Virus record (IMG/VR): IMGVR_UViG_3300005739_000025
Strand: one strand, 5' to 3'
Length of the DNA stretch: 64,000 nt
Origin: a virus
Taxonomy: Duplodnaviria; Caudoviricetes
Of the stretch, positions 9,714 to 19,098 are shown in pieces (the first letter of the stretch is position 1; every line of letters begins with the position of its first letter). The position numbers and the translations under genes were made by a program. The notes under the pieces were generated by a model. It was not told where the DNA came from, did not search any database, and worked only from the letters and a program-made list of their open reading frames with translations.

Positions 9714-10392
9714 ATTTTGTTTAATTCCGTTTTTTGGGGGTGATAGTTCCGCAGCTCATAGTAAAAAAGAAAAAAGAAAAGAGTACTTAATAAAAACTAT
9801 AGGTAGTTTAAAAAAAGATTTTAATAATATATTAATTACTGTTTTTAATAACTATGATAAAGATCTAATAAAAGACGCACATGATAATATTTTTATTATT
9901 GAATGTAATCCTGTTTATTTACCATCCACATCTATAAGATTTGTACAAAAAGAATTTTCATTCGATTCAATTTTAGTTACAGAGGCTGATCACAAATTTA
10001 TTATAAATTTTAATCTTATAGACAATAACCTAAAAGATAATAATTATTTTTCTCCCCATAGATTAGAAAAAGTTTATAATAAAAGCAAATTAGTAGATAA
10101 TAATATTGAAGTAAAAGGGATTTCATACAATTTACCCAATACTCCAAAAGAGTTAAGCAATGTTATAGATGAAAATTTTTATTTACCGGTAAATGCCTAT
10201 ACTGCATTTGGAGGTTCTTTTTACTGTTCTGAAAGAGTTTTTAAAAATGTTATATTTAAAGACTCTATAGAATACCCCGTAGAGCATGCGACAGGGTTTG
10301 ACATGTACCATTCAGGCAATAAATGTTATAGAACGATTAACGTATTTGATTTTTGTAATATACACTTAAGTGGTGAAGAGTATTTACAATAG
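9706..10392 (+). CDS. Hypothetical protein (last gene of the glycan operon)
   Basis: Long ORF overlapping the upstream stop; ATG 9706 preferred to TTG 9700; LVTEADH may be a DxD-like segment. Confidence 0.55.
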   Translation: MNKFCLIPFFGGDSSAAHSKKEKRKEYLIKTIGSLKKDFNNILITVFNNYDKDLIKDAHDNIFIIECNPVYLPSTSIRFVQKEFSFDSILVTEADHKFIINFNLIDNNLKDNNYFSPHRLEKVYNKSKLVDNNIEVKGISYNLPNTPKELSNVIDENFYLPVNAYTAFGGSFYCSERVFKNVIFKDSIEYPVEHATGFDMYHSGNKCYRTINVFDFCNIHLSGEEYLQ

Positions 10393-10857
10393 TGCTGCTT
10401 GAAAGTGCATCCAGTCGTAATTTTTAACCCTACCTAAACTGACCCAACCTTCAGATTCTACAATCTTCCAAAAAGCTTCGTACTCTTTTTTAGCAAATAC
10501 TGCTTTATCTTTTTTCCATTTTAATCTATTTCTATCTGGGTCTAAATCTACAGCAGCACCCCAAGAATGTATAGACCATGCAGATCCACCACGCATTTTA
10601 CGAACGTTTAAACAACCACCGAAACTATTTAATTTAAGCTTTTGTATCTCTTTTAAACCGTATGTTTTTAACGTTTGTTCGAAAATCTTATACAATGATT
10701 CAGCACATTTTTTATTACAGGACATCTTTCTTACTTTAGCTTTTATATCCCACGCTAAATACATTTCATATGGTAAATCAATCTTAATTTGATTCTCTCC
10801 TACAGATCCATAATAGGATGTCATTGATGCAAAATTTTGTTTTGGCCACTTATTCAT
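10384..10857 (-). CDS. Endolysin, peptidase M15 family (L-Ala-D-Glu peptidase-like)
   Basis: SFGGCLNVRKMRGGSAWSIHSWGAAVDLDP (H...D zinc ligands) and DWMHFQ. Confidence 0.85.
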   Translation of the reverse strand: MNKWPKQNFASMTSYYGSVGENQIKIDLPYEMYLAWDIKAKVRKMSCNKKCAESLYKIFEQTLKTYGLKEIQKLKLNSFGGCLNVRKMRGGSAWSIHSWGAAVDLDPDRNRLKWKKDKAVFAKKEYEAFWKIVESEGWVSLGRVKNYDWMHFQAALL

Positions 10858-11320
10858 ATGGTTGATTTTCTACCCAGTTTAAAGGTGCATAAGATCTATC
10901 ACTTTTATACTTATCAGCATACAATTGAACAATTGTTTCTTGTACTTCTTCTTTAACATACTGTATATCACCCTTTAATGATGTATTGGATTCAGTATTG
11001 TATCTAAAATCTATAGCTGCTTGTAATCCTAGATACGCTGAAATTATAATAGCAAAAATTTTTATCGTCTCAACAAATATAGTTACAAATGGTGTTGTTA
11101 TAGTGGGTAATGGAGCTGTTAAGAAAAGAATAAAAACACTAATACCGTAAAATAGTATTAACATTAATATGGAAGTAAACACAACAAAAAATTTCTTACT
11201 TCTAAGGAAATTAATAGATTTCATTTCCTCAACATAATTTGTAGGTGTGTTTGGCGGTACTTTATCGTGACTAAGCATTGCAGCAATAGACTGACCAAAT
11301 TGGACTACTCTGTCCCACAT
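10850..11320 (-). CDS. Two-TM membrane protein, holin candidate
   Basis: Two hydrophobic helices; directly upstream of the endolysin; TAAATA motif 5 nt before ATG. Confidence 0.5.
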   Translation of the reverse strand: MWDRVVQFGQSIAAMLSHDKVPPNTPTNYVEEMKSINFLRSKKFFVVFTSILMLILFYGISVFILFLTAPLPTITTPFVTIFVETIKIFAIIISAYLGLQAAIDFRYNTESNTSLKGDIQYVKEEVQETIVQLYADKYKSDRSYAPLNWVENQPYE

Positions 11321-11348
11321 GTAATTATTTAGTCAAATAGACTAATAA

Positions 11349-11468
11349 TTAGAATATTAAAGCGCCCAATATAAACGCAACAATTAATCCTATAATTACA
11401 CCTGCTTTTTTGGGATTTTCTTTTATCCAATTATCGATTTTAAGATAATATTTTGTTAATTTATCCAT
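11349..11468 (-). CDS. 39-aa membrane microprotein (MDKLTKYYLKIDNWIKENPKKAGVIIGLIVAFILGALIF), absent from the ORF track
   Basis: Translated by hand; TAATG overlap with upstream gene; C-terminal TM helix after a ENPxxA motif reminiscent of the DUF883/YqjD C-terminus. Confidence 0.7.
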   Translation of the reverse strand: MDKLTKYYLKIDNWIKENPKKAGVIIGLIVAFILGALIF

Positions 11469-11995
11469 TATAGTAAAAACCAAACTAATGATGAAAACAA
11501 TAACGCACCACCAAATGGCACACCTAGATTATATGGAGGAGGCGCTAAATTCATAAATTGTAGTCCAAGAAGTACACCAACACCTGCAGCAATTACAGCT
11601 GCAATTAATTTTAATCTATGATAACGCTTTACTGCAGCATTATACTTTTCCATAAATTTCTGTGCTTCAGCTTGTTGTATTATTCCCCACTCTTTTAAAG
11701 CATCAGCTGATTTTTGAACTTTTACTGTTCTTTCTTCACTTTGTTTTAATTTAGCCTGAGCGTTAGCTAATGATACTTTTAATTTAGCATTTTCTTCTTT
11801 AGCTGAAACCAACTCAGCTTTAATTTCTTTAACTATATTTCTTCCTTCAGATAGAGTTGGTTTTTTAGGCTCTTCTTTTAAAACTTGCTGTTGTTCTTGA
11901 ACTTTAGGCTGTTTTTTAACAAATGGCCAAGAATAGCCAGTTGAAATAAGTAACATTAATAAAACGGCTGCTGTTAATATTTTTTTCATAATCAT
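11468..11995 (-). CDS. Signal/TM-anchored coiled-coil membrane protein (spanin-like)
   Basis: N-terminal hydrophobic signal, long heptad coiled coil, two C-terminal TM segments; in lysis cassette. Confidence 0.5.
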   Translation of the reverse strand: MIMKKILTAAVLLMLLISTGYSWPFVKKQPKVQEQQQVLKEEPKKPTLSEGRNIVKEIKAELVSAKEENAKLKVSLANAQAKLKQSEERTVKVQKSADALKEWGIIQQAEAQKFMEKYNAAVKRYHRLKLIAAVIAAGVGVLLGLQFMNLAPPPYNLGVPFGGALLFSSLVWFLL

Positions 11996-12270
11996 TCAGG
12001 TTTTAAAACTACTTTATCTTTAGCAAACAAGAGTTCTATTTGTTCTAAAAGTGTATCCAATCTTTCTGCTAATCTTAATGCTCTGTCTATCTTTACGGAA
12101 ACATTTTCATTTTCCTGATCTGCGTTATTAAGCTCATCTTTTACTTGTTTTAATGACTCAATAACTTTTTCAGTATTAACTTGAGGTGGTAGTGGTCTTT
12201 TATGTGCAGGGTCCAAACAAACACACCCAGTCAATAAAAGAATAGAACTTAAAATTAGAGCTAATCTCAT
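11992..12270 (-). CDS. Lipoprotein, o-spanin candidate
   Basis: Lipobox LLLTG-C at residues 11-16, Pro-rich linker, coiled coil; ATGA-coupled to the next gene. Confidence 0.6.
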   Translation of the reverse strand: MRLALILSSILLLTGCVCLDPAHKRPLPPQVNTEKVIESLKQVKDELNNADQENENVSVKIDRALRLAERLDTLLEQIELLFAKDKVVLKPE

Positions 12271-12281
12271 AATATAATTTA

Positions 12282-12289
12282 TATTTATA
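12282..12289 (-). promoter_or_regulatory. T4-type late promoter TATAAATA driving the lysis cassette
   Basis: Exact T4 gp55 consensus upstream of 12270; a gp55 homolog is encoded in the window. Confidence 0.7.
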
Positions 12290-12334
12290 GCATTAATTAA
12301 TCAACTTTTTTTTAATATTACATAAATAATTTTA

Positions 12335-14041
12335 GTGATAAACACAAACGTAGTTAGAAACTATCAAACTGCAGAATACGGTAAATTTGTTGAATTAAAA
12401 GATTCCAGGTATCCTGCAGTTTCTGTTACTAGATTTTCCTATCCAGATAACACAAACGCGTTTCCCTCTAATTCTAGTGCACAGACTGTATCCTCTGTGG
12501 AGATTTATCCAAAATACGGGGTTTTATCTTATATAACAAATTTTGACGATATGGCGGTAACTCTGTCTGCAGAAAATGTTAATATTGGTTCTGTTACAAT
12601 TAAAGACAATAATACCGGTGCCATGGCGGATGTTGTAGCTGATCCTGATAATGGTTTAAATGCCTTAAGAGTTATATCCCAGGATTTAGAGTCAATAATT
12701 GATGATGTAACAATAGGCGACAAACAAGGGAATACTGCCAGTGTTAACCCAGGTCTATCTGCGCTAATGGTTCAAGTTGTTAATACAGATCAAGCTCCTA
12801 ATAAGATAGCTTATGCTGACTCTCCTAATTTAGATGCATTTGGAAGATTGAGAGTGTCTGAACCTTTTTCATTATTTGATTCAAAGTCACTTCATGATTT
12901 GAGTCCTTTGGTGTTTAATCATGTATTGAGTGGCTCAGGAGATGCTCAGTTTGATATTAATGATGCATCAGTAAATTTGACAACTAATACAGCAAACAGT
13001 TTTGCAATAAGACAGACATTTACAAGATTTGGTTATCAGCCAGGAAAGAGTCAATATGCTTTATTCACAGGTGTAATGGAGCCTCAGCCTAATGTAATCA
13101 AAAGATATGGTCTTTTTACAAGCTTAACCGCTGTCCCTTATACACCAAATGTTGGTTTATATTTTGAAGCTTCTGACGGAGAAATGAGCGTTTGGATTAA
13201 TAACTTAAATGGTGGAACATCAACAACTCCATCCCAGTCAGCTGTAAGAGCTAATTGGAACTTAGACCCGATGAATGGTAATGGTCCAAGTGGTATTAAT
13301 TTATCTTTTGATAAAGCTCAAATCTTTGTAATAGATTATGAGTGGCTTGGGGTAGGAAGAGTGAGGTTTGGTTTTGTAGTTGAAGGAAAAATATATTACT
13401 GTCACGAATTTAATAACGCAAATATTGTAACAGCTCCTTATCTCTTTACACCCAATTTACCTGTAAGAGCTGAAATAAGACAAACAGGTCCTGGTTCTGG
13501 TTCTTTTAGAGTCATTTGTCAAAGTGTAATGAGTGAAGGTGGTCACAATATGGCTGGTGTTACTCATAGTGTTTATACTTCAGCGGTCGGCCTTAATATT
13601 AATACAGCGGGTCAAAGAAGAGCTATTCTTGGCTTAAGACTACAATCAAATAAGCTAGACAGTATTACAGAAATTCTAAATGCATTTGTTGGAGTCAATC
13701 CAGGTGGTTCAAGCTCTGTGGCTCATTTTAGATGGGAAATTGTTTTAAACCCAACAATAGGAGGCACAACACCTGTTTGGACTAATATAACAAATTCAAA
13801 TCTTCAGAGCTTTATTGCATCAGATGAAACAAATACCGTTACAGGTGGTACAGATTTATTAACAGGTATTGGAAATGTTGGTACACCTATTGATATATTT
13901 TCTTCTAACTTTCAAAGATTTAAAAGATTAGGGTGTAGTATTAATGGTATAAGAGATGAGATATATCTTGTTATAACCCCTCTTGTTAACCCTGCTAATA
14001 ATGGGGTGTGGGGTACTTTAACTTACCTAGATGCAGATTAA
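12335..14041 (+). CDS. Virion structural protein (T4-like structural/fibre family)
   Basis: DAFGRLRVSEP, RQT...YQPGKSQ, IDYEWLGVGRVRFG motifs; Gly/Ser/Thr/Asn-rich; TAAATA 6 nt before GTG. Confidence 0.65.
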   Translation: MINTNVVRNYQTAEYGKFVELKDSRYPAVSVTRFSYPDNTNAFPSNSSAQTVSSVEIYPKYGVLSYITNFDDMAVTLSAENVNIGSVTIKDNNTGAMADVVADPDNGLNALRVISQDLESIIDDVTIGDKQGNTASVNPGLSALMVQVVNTDQAPNKIAYADSPNLDAFGRLRVSEPFSLFDSKSLHDLSPLVFNHVLSGSGDAQFDINDASVNLTTNTANSFAIRQTFTRFGYQPGKSQYALFTGVMEPQPNVIKRYGLFTSLTAVPYTPNVGLYFEASDGEMSVWINNLNGGTSTTPSQSAVRANWNLDPMNGNGPSGINLSFDKAQIFVIDYEWLGVGRVRFGFVVEGKIYYCHEFNNANIVTAPYLFTPNLPVRAEIRQTGPGSGSFRVICQSVMSEGGHNMAGVTHSVYTSAVGLNINTAGQRRAILGLRLQSNKLDSITEILNAFVGVNPGGSSSVAHFRWEIVLNPTIGGTTPVWTNITNSNLQSFIASDETNTVTGGTDLLTGIGNVGTPIDIFSSNFQRFKRLGCSINGIRDEIYLVITPLVNPANNGVWGTLTYLDAD

Positions 14042-14055
14042 TAAATACTAATAGT

Positions 14056-14883
14056 ATGTTTGTTGGTATTTTAGCTTTAACAGCTTTTGTTATTGCGGGT
14101 GTGGCAGCTTATTTTTCCGTTCAAGGCATTGCTACTCTTTATGCAGGTGCTTTTATTTCCGTACTGGTAATGGCTGGTGCTTTAGAAGTCGGAAAGCTAG
14201 TTGCAACTAGCTTTCTTTATCGCTATTGGCATAAGACCAATCTACTATTAAAAACGTATATTTTAGTAGCGATTCTTTTACTAATGGGTATTACATCTAT
14301 GGGTATATTTGGTTTCTTAACTTCTGCTTACCAATCTAGTTTAGTAGAATATTCACAAGCTGAAACTCAACAAACTTTTTTAGTATCACAAAAAGATATT
14401 CTACAGAAAGAGTTAGAGTCATTAACACTTAGAGTTGATACATTAAACAAATCACGTTTAGCACAAGAACAAAGATTGCCTTCAATGTCACGAAGAGCTG
14501 CAGCTCCTGTATATGAAGATATAAAACAATCAGGTGAGGAGATAACTCAGGCAAGAAACAGAATGAATGAAATCTTTACAGAAATTAAAACTCTGGATGT
14601 TCAAGTCTTAGAAGCTCAAAAACAAAGCGGTCAACAAAAAGATATCGGTACTTTAAAGTATGCTGCCGAGCTATTCAATACTGATATTAATACAATTGTT
14701 AAATGGTTTACTTTAGCTATTATTGTTGTATTTGATCCACTAGCAATTGCTTTAGTTTTAGCTTATAATATTGCCACAAATAGAAAATTTAATGACGATG
14801 AAGTTGAAACAGTGAAAGAAGAAGTTACAACGTTAGGTAGAGTTAAACGTATGTTTAACGGTAAAGCTAAATACAGGAATTAA
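14056..14883 (+). CDS. Multi-TM membrane protein with central coiled coil
   Basis: Three N-terminal hydrophobic helices, coiled coil, C-terminal TM; start moved to ATG 14056 after TAAATA. Confidence 0.6.
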   Translation: MFVGILALTAFVIAGVAAYFSVQGIATLYAGAFISVLVMAGALEVGKLVATSFLYRYWHKTNLLLKTYILVAILLLMGITSMGIFGFLTSAYQSSLVEYSQAETQQTFLVSQKDILQKELESLTLRVDTLNKSRLAQEQRLPSMSRRAAAPVYEDIKQSGEEITQARNRMNEIFTEIKTLDVQVLEAQKQSGQQKDIGTLKYAAELFNTDINTIVKWFTLAIIVVFDPLAIALVLAYNIATNRKFNDDEVETVKEEVTTLGRVKRMFNGKAKYRN

Positions 14884-14884
14884 T

Positions 14885-15022
14885 ATGAAATACAGTAATA
14901 GAAGAAATTATAGGGATCAAATAATTGTAGAAGAAGAAATAATTACTAAAAAAACGGTAGTTAAGAAAAAAGAAAAAAGTCTCTTAAAAAGTTTACTAAA
15001 CAAGTTCATTAAAAACAAATAA
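14885..15022 (+). CDS. 45-aa basic hypothetical protein (MKYSNRRNYRDQIIVEEEIITKK...), absent from the ORF track
   Basis: Translated by hand; fills the gap exactly between the flanking genes. Confidence 0.5.
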   Translation: MKYSNRRNYRDQIIVEEEIITKKTVVKKKEKSLLKSLLNKFIKNK

Positions 15023-15030
15023 ATATAATT

Positions 15031-15267
15031 ATGGACGATATTCAAAATACTTTAGATGCTTTAAAAGATTCTGTTTATGAGATTAACAGAATTATAAGAG
15101 ACAATTTAAATGATGAGCAAAATTTAAGATTTTTAAAAGCCAACATAGATCACTTATCTTTAAAGATCGCAGATAATGAAGTTGACCAAGCTTTAACCGG
15201 ACAAGATAATATAAATGTAATAAATGCCATTACAAACGGCACAAGTTATTATCAAGCTAATTCCTAG
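15031..15267 (+). CDS. Hypothetical late protein
   Basis: 78-aa ORF; TAAATA 5 nt before ATG. Confidence 0.6.
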   Translation: MDDIQNTLDALKDSVYEINRIIRDNLNDEQNLRFLKANIDHLSLKIADNEVDQALTGQDNINVINAITNGTSYYQANS

Positions 15268-15299
15268 TTGCTAATTATTTTTTTACATTAAAATAAATT

Positions 15300-16208
15300 G
15301 TGAGTAAAAAATTCACAATATTTCATGTAGATGGCGGTGTAGGCAAAAATATAGTTGCTACTAGTGTAGTAAGAGCGATTAAAAAAAATTACCCAGATAG
15401 AGAACTAGTAGTTGTATCTCACTATCCAGAAATCTTCATTCATAACCCTAATATTTACAGAGTTTATAAGCTTGGTATGTGTTCTTATTTTTATGAAGAT
15501 TATATTAGAAATAAAAACTCTTTAATATTAAGACAAGAACCTTATTACTCTAGTGACGTTATTAATAGAAATAAAAATTTATCCCACGCCTGGTGTGATA
15601 GTTTAAATATAAATTTTGATTCTGAGAAACCTGAATTATTTTTTAATGTAATAGAAGAACAAAATGCTGATCTGTTATTTAAAAATATTAATAATAATAA
15701 ACCAGTAATAGCAGTACAGACAAACGGGGGATCGGGTTATGAAAATAACAATATAACTTTTAATTGGTATAGAGATGTTCCAATAAGTTTAATTCAACCA
15801 GTAATAGACAAATATAAAGATGTTTTTACCTTTGTTCAAATAAGATCAGAAAATCAACCAGTTTTAGAAAACACATCACAAGTAAAACTCACCATTAGAG
15901 AAATACTTTTATTACTCAGTAAAACTTCAGGCTCCATTTCTATAGATTCTTTTACACAGCATGCTTTAGCCTCGTTTAACAAACCATCTGTAGTTTTGTG
16001 GGTGGGAACATCTGAAAAGGTTTTTGGATATAGTAAAAATAAAAATATTATTTCTAGTTACAGATCAGAATTAGATAATTTGGAAAGTTATTTAGAACCT
16101 TACCCTCTTATTACCAAAGGTCATCAATGTCCAAAAAATTATAACCCATATAATTTATTTGATCCTAATATTATAGATCAAAACTTTAAAGAATTATATT
16201 TAAGCTAA
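15300..16208 (+). CDS. GT9-like (heptosyltransferase fold) glycosyltransferase
   Basis: [30 protein letters not shown]-terminus; [25 protein letters not shown]-terminus. Confidence 0.75.
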   Translation: MSKKFTIFHVDGGVGKNIVATSVVRAIKKNYPDRELVVVSHYPEIFIHNPNIYRVYKLGMCSYFYEDYIRNKNSLILRQEPYYSSDVINRNKNLSHAWCDSLNINFDSEKPELFFNVIEEQNADLLFKNINNNKPVIAVQTNGGSGYENNNITFNWYRDVPISLIQPVIDKYKDVFTFVQIRSENQPVLENTSQVKLTIREILLLLSKTSGSISIDSFTQHALASFNKPSVVLWVGTSEKVFGYSKNKNIISSYRSELDNLESYLEPYPLITKGHQCPKNYNPYNLFDPNIIDQNFKELYLS

Positions 16209-17333
16209 TTTTACAATATTAAAATAAGAACCTGATAGAGCTCTGCTTTGTAATTTTCTATCATCGTCAAATTCTTGTGAAAGAGAATAACTTACTTTAA
16301 ATGTACCTGTAACACTTGATTGCCACGTCATTGTTCCAAATAATGATGCGGGGAAATCTAAGTTACCAGCTATTATATCGGTTGTAGTATTGTTTGCCAA
16401 TCTTACAGGTTTAACCGAATCGTTCAACAGCCCGTTTCCTATTAAAACTGCAGGTGATACTGGATATGATTGATTGTTATACGCAGGACCAGTAAATCTG
16501 AATCTTATATTGCCTTCAGTAATAAGGTTATAGTTTACAGCATAAACTCCAGGAGCGCTTAATGTAACGGATAAGTTTGCGTCGTCAAAAAATGTATTTA
16601 AACCACTAGTTACTTGGGTGTGAGAGGTTTTTAATACATAAATGTTTGATAATACAGGTGTAAAGGTAACTTGACTACCGTTTATACCTGCAGTACCTTG
16701 TGGTCCCGTTGCCCCGGTGGGACCTGTCGGTCCTGTAGCTCCTGTTGCGCCTGTTGCACCAGTAGCACCTGTAGGACCTGTAGCCCCGGTTGCACCGTTC
16801 GTTCCATTTGCACCGGTAGGTCCAGTGGCACCTGTTGGTCCTGGAACAGTTGAGCTAGCACCAGTAGCACCTGTAGGACCTGTTGCACCTGTAGGTCCAG
16901 TTGCTCCAGTAGCTCCTACTGGACCTGTAGGTCCGGTAGAACCCGTATCACCTCTAACACCTTGAGGACCTGTAACACCTTGTGCTCCTTGAACGCCTTG
17001 AACACCTTGTGCTCCTTGAACACCTTGTGGGCCTGTTGGACCTTGTGGGCCTGTTGGACCTTGTGCACCTGAAGGTCCAGTTGTACCTGTAGCCCCTGTT
17101 GGACCTGTTGGACCTATAGGCCCTTGAGGGCCTTGTGGTCCGGGTGAACCTGTTAACCCAACGTAAAGACTTGCTGAAATTGGTCCAAAAACTGTTAATG
17201 AACCGAATATATTTTGATTAGCTGTAATAGAAGCTGAATAACAACTATCAATTAAATCTCCAAAATCTGCTTGTGTTGGGAAATCCCCTGTTTCGAATCT
17301 ACTTTTAAGGTACTCTAAAGACTGTATGGCCAT
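16200..17333 (-). CDS. Collagen-like virion fibre protein
   Basis: Long G-X-Y run rich in GPT/GAT/GPQ; N-terminal [22 protein letters not shown] motif; TATAAATA 5 nt before ATG. Confidence 0.85.
   Translation of the reverse strand: MAIQSLEYLKSRFETGDFPTQADFGDLIDSCYSASITANQNIFGSLTVFGPISASLYVGLTGSPGPQGPQGPIGPTGPTGATGTTGPSGAQGPTGPQGPTGPQGVQGAQGVQGVQGAQGVTGPQGVRGDTGSTGPTGPVGATGATGPTGATGPTGATGASSTVPGPTGATGPTGANGTNGATGATGPTGATGATGATGATGPTGPTGATGPQGTAGINGSQVTFTPVLSNIYVLKTSHTQVTSGLNTFFDDANLSVTLSAPGVYAVNYNLITEGNIRFRFTGPAYNNQSYPVSPAVLIGNGLLNDSVKPVRLANNTTTDIIAGNLDFPASLFGTMTWQSSVTGTFKVSYSLSQEFDDDRKLQSRALSGSYFNIVKLA
16677..17159 (-). repeat. Collagen G-X-Y triplet repeat (9-nt periodicity)
   Basis: Tandem [12 protein letters not shown] codons with one interruption (ASSTVP). 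Confidence 0.9.
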
Positions 17334-17364
17334 ATTATTATTTATACGGCTACTATATAAAATG

Positions 17365-17820
17365 TGGAGATGAGGGGAGTTGAACCCCTGTCCATATAAC
17401 CTACACTTAAAGGTCTACATGTTTAAATGTCTTTAGCATTCTAGCCACCGTACGGTAACTTGGACTTTTAGGCTGCTTGGCGACACTAACCTTAGTTTTA
17501 AGTCTGCCTATAGATTATTATCGCAAACCTACATACGGAGGATTTTATTTTGTTACGTTGATACAGTCCACAGTTCAACTACCTCTGCTAGCAATGTAAT
17601 CTTAGAGGATCTAATTACAAGGACCTTAGGCTGCTAAGAGATACTCTTCTTCAGCGCCAACGAGGAACTCGTCAGCATTGTTAAAGATATACTCGGCTTC
17701 AGCCAAGATATCTGCAGTGTTATCTTCTGCATTTAGTTTTTAATCGATTTTTACGAGGCCATCGATCAACCTCGACATGCACTTAAAGTTTCAACTATAT
17801 GTCGAATCCAGTACATCCCC
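17365..17820 (-). ncRNA. ssrA: tmRNA (456 nt)
   Basis: 5' GGGGAUG pairs with 3' CAUCUCC-A including the G3.U70 Ala determinant; T arm AGGGG-UUCAACU-CCCCU; D-loop analog ACUGGAUUCGAC; PK1 (CGAGG/CCUCG and AUCGAU/AUCGAU); UAAAU-GCA resume context; tag ends LLAA-stop; CCA not encoded. Confidence 0.95.
17626..17730 (-). other. tmRNA tag reading frame: (A)AEDNTADILAEAEYIFNNADEFLVGAEEEYLLAA*
   Basis: 34 sense codons read by hand from resume GCA (17730) to TAA (17626-17628). Confidence 0.85.
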
Positions 17821-17881
17821 AAATTTCAAAGATCTTTAATATTATAAGTATTTAATTAACTAATCAATAATAAATAATTTA

Positions 17882-18106
17882 GTGCCTGTAGAAATTAAAC
17901 ATATTGATACTTTTCAAACTAGATTTTTCAATTCCTTTGTAAATTTAACAAAACAAGATAGTACGAAATACCCTGCCGTTACTACTACTAGAATAGAGCC
18001 AAATTATCTTCAAGGAACGTCAATGGATCTGTTAACTTCTTATTCTATCTATGATCAATTTGCTTTAAGAGTCTGGGCAAATAACTCTCCTTTATCCTCA
18101 ATTTAA
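17882..18106 (+). CDS. Small late protein; stand-alone copy of the N-terminal module shared with 12335 and 18138
   Basis: TRFFNSFVNL...KYPAVTTTR...SIY resembles AEYGKFVEL...RYPAVSVTR...EIY; TAAATA 5 nt before GTG. Confidence 0.55.
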   Translation: MPVEIKHIDTFQTRFFNSFVNLTKQDSTKYPAVTTTRIEPNYLQGTSMDLLTSYSIYDQFALRVWANNSPLSSI

Positions 18107-18137
18107 TTGCATTTTTTTAAATAAGTATTAATAGAAT

Positions 18138-19085
18138 ATGTCCGATCGAATTGTTAAAGGTTATCAATCTGCAGAGTACGGAAAATTTTTAGAATTAAGT
18201 AATAATAGCAATTTCCCCCCTGTATCAGTTGTTAGATGGTCTTATCCAGACACAACATCTGCATTCCCTGGTAATTCTGCTGCTCAGCCCTTAAGCTCAG
18301 TAGACATCTATCCAAAATATTCGGTTTTAACAACCTTAACAAATCCAGAAGATATATCTATCTCTCTTTCAGCTGGAAATATAAACGTAAATTTATCTGA
18401 TGTAGAAAATCTAGTAAATAAATCTAATACTCTTTTAGATAATTTAACAGGAAATGTTTTAGATATAGAAGCGTTGGTCAGTACCAACAATACATATACA
18501 AACGAAATACGTGTATATTCTAATAATATTCCTACTATAGCATCAGATACTAGTTATCTCGACGATATTTATAACTATGCTACTTTTACATACGGGCAAG
18601 TTGCTATCATAAACAACACTACTAATGAAGTTCGTAACTCTTTATTTAATGGAATTGGTGGGTATTCATTAGGCGGTTATTTTAATAGCTATAACATATT
18701 TCTTTCTAGCATAGATGCAACACTTAAAAATGGTCTAAATGTAGAAGGTGGTGGAGGTACATTTACAGAGGCACCCGTTAAAAAGATAGCTTCAGACACT
18801 CTGGTAAGTTCCTTTATTACCCCTAGTGCAAACAGAATATATAATATATTTGGTGTATCTACTGCTAGTGTAGGTCAATATCTTCAAATTTATGATGTTG
18901 CTGGAACAACTCCAACAGGCACACCTGCTGGTATATTTTTCGTTCCTGCAAATAGTAATTTTAATTTTGAATTTGTAAAAGGTATGCCATTTACAAATAC
19001 TAACGCACTAATTGTTAACAGTATTACACCTATAGATTATAATGCAGGTAATAGCGATCTATTTATAACTGTAATATACAACTAA
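18138..19085 (+). CDS. Virion structural protein
   Basis: First ~80 aa closely paralogous to 12335..14041; C-terminal beta-rich domain. Confidence 0.6.
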   Translation: MSDRIVKGYQSAEYGKFLELSNNSNFPPVSVVRWSYPDTTSAFPGNSAAQPLSSVDIYPKYSVLTTLTNPEDISISLSAGNINVNLSDVENLVNKSNTLLDNLTGNVLDIEALVSTNNTYTNEIRVYSNNIPTIASDTSYLDDIYNYATFTYGQVAIINNTTNEVRNSLFNGIGGYSLGGYFNSYNIFLSSIDATLKNGLNVEGGGGTFTEAPVKKIASDTLVSSFITPSANRIYNIFGVSTASVGQYLQIYDVAGTTPTGTPAGIFFVPANSNFNFEFVKGMPFTNTNALIVNSITPIDYNAGNSDLFITVIYN

Positions 19086-19098
19086 ATAATAAAAAAAA

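Noticed and set aside
16671-16965. Alternative-frame and antisense ORFs (PVAPVGP..., QVLQVL...) over the collagen gene
   Set aside because: They are shadows of the 9-nt G-X-Y codon repeat and have no promoter or start context
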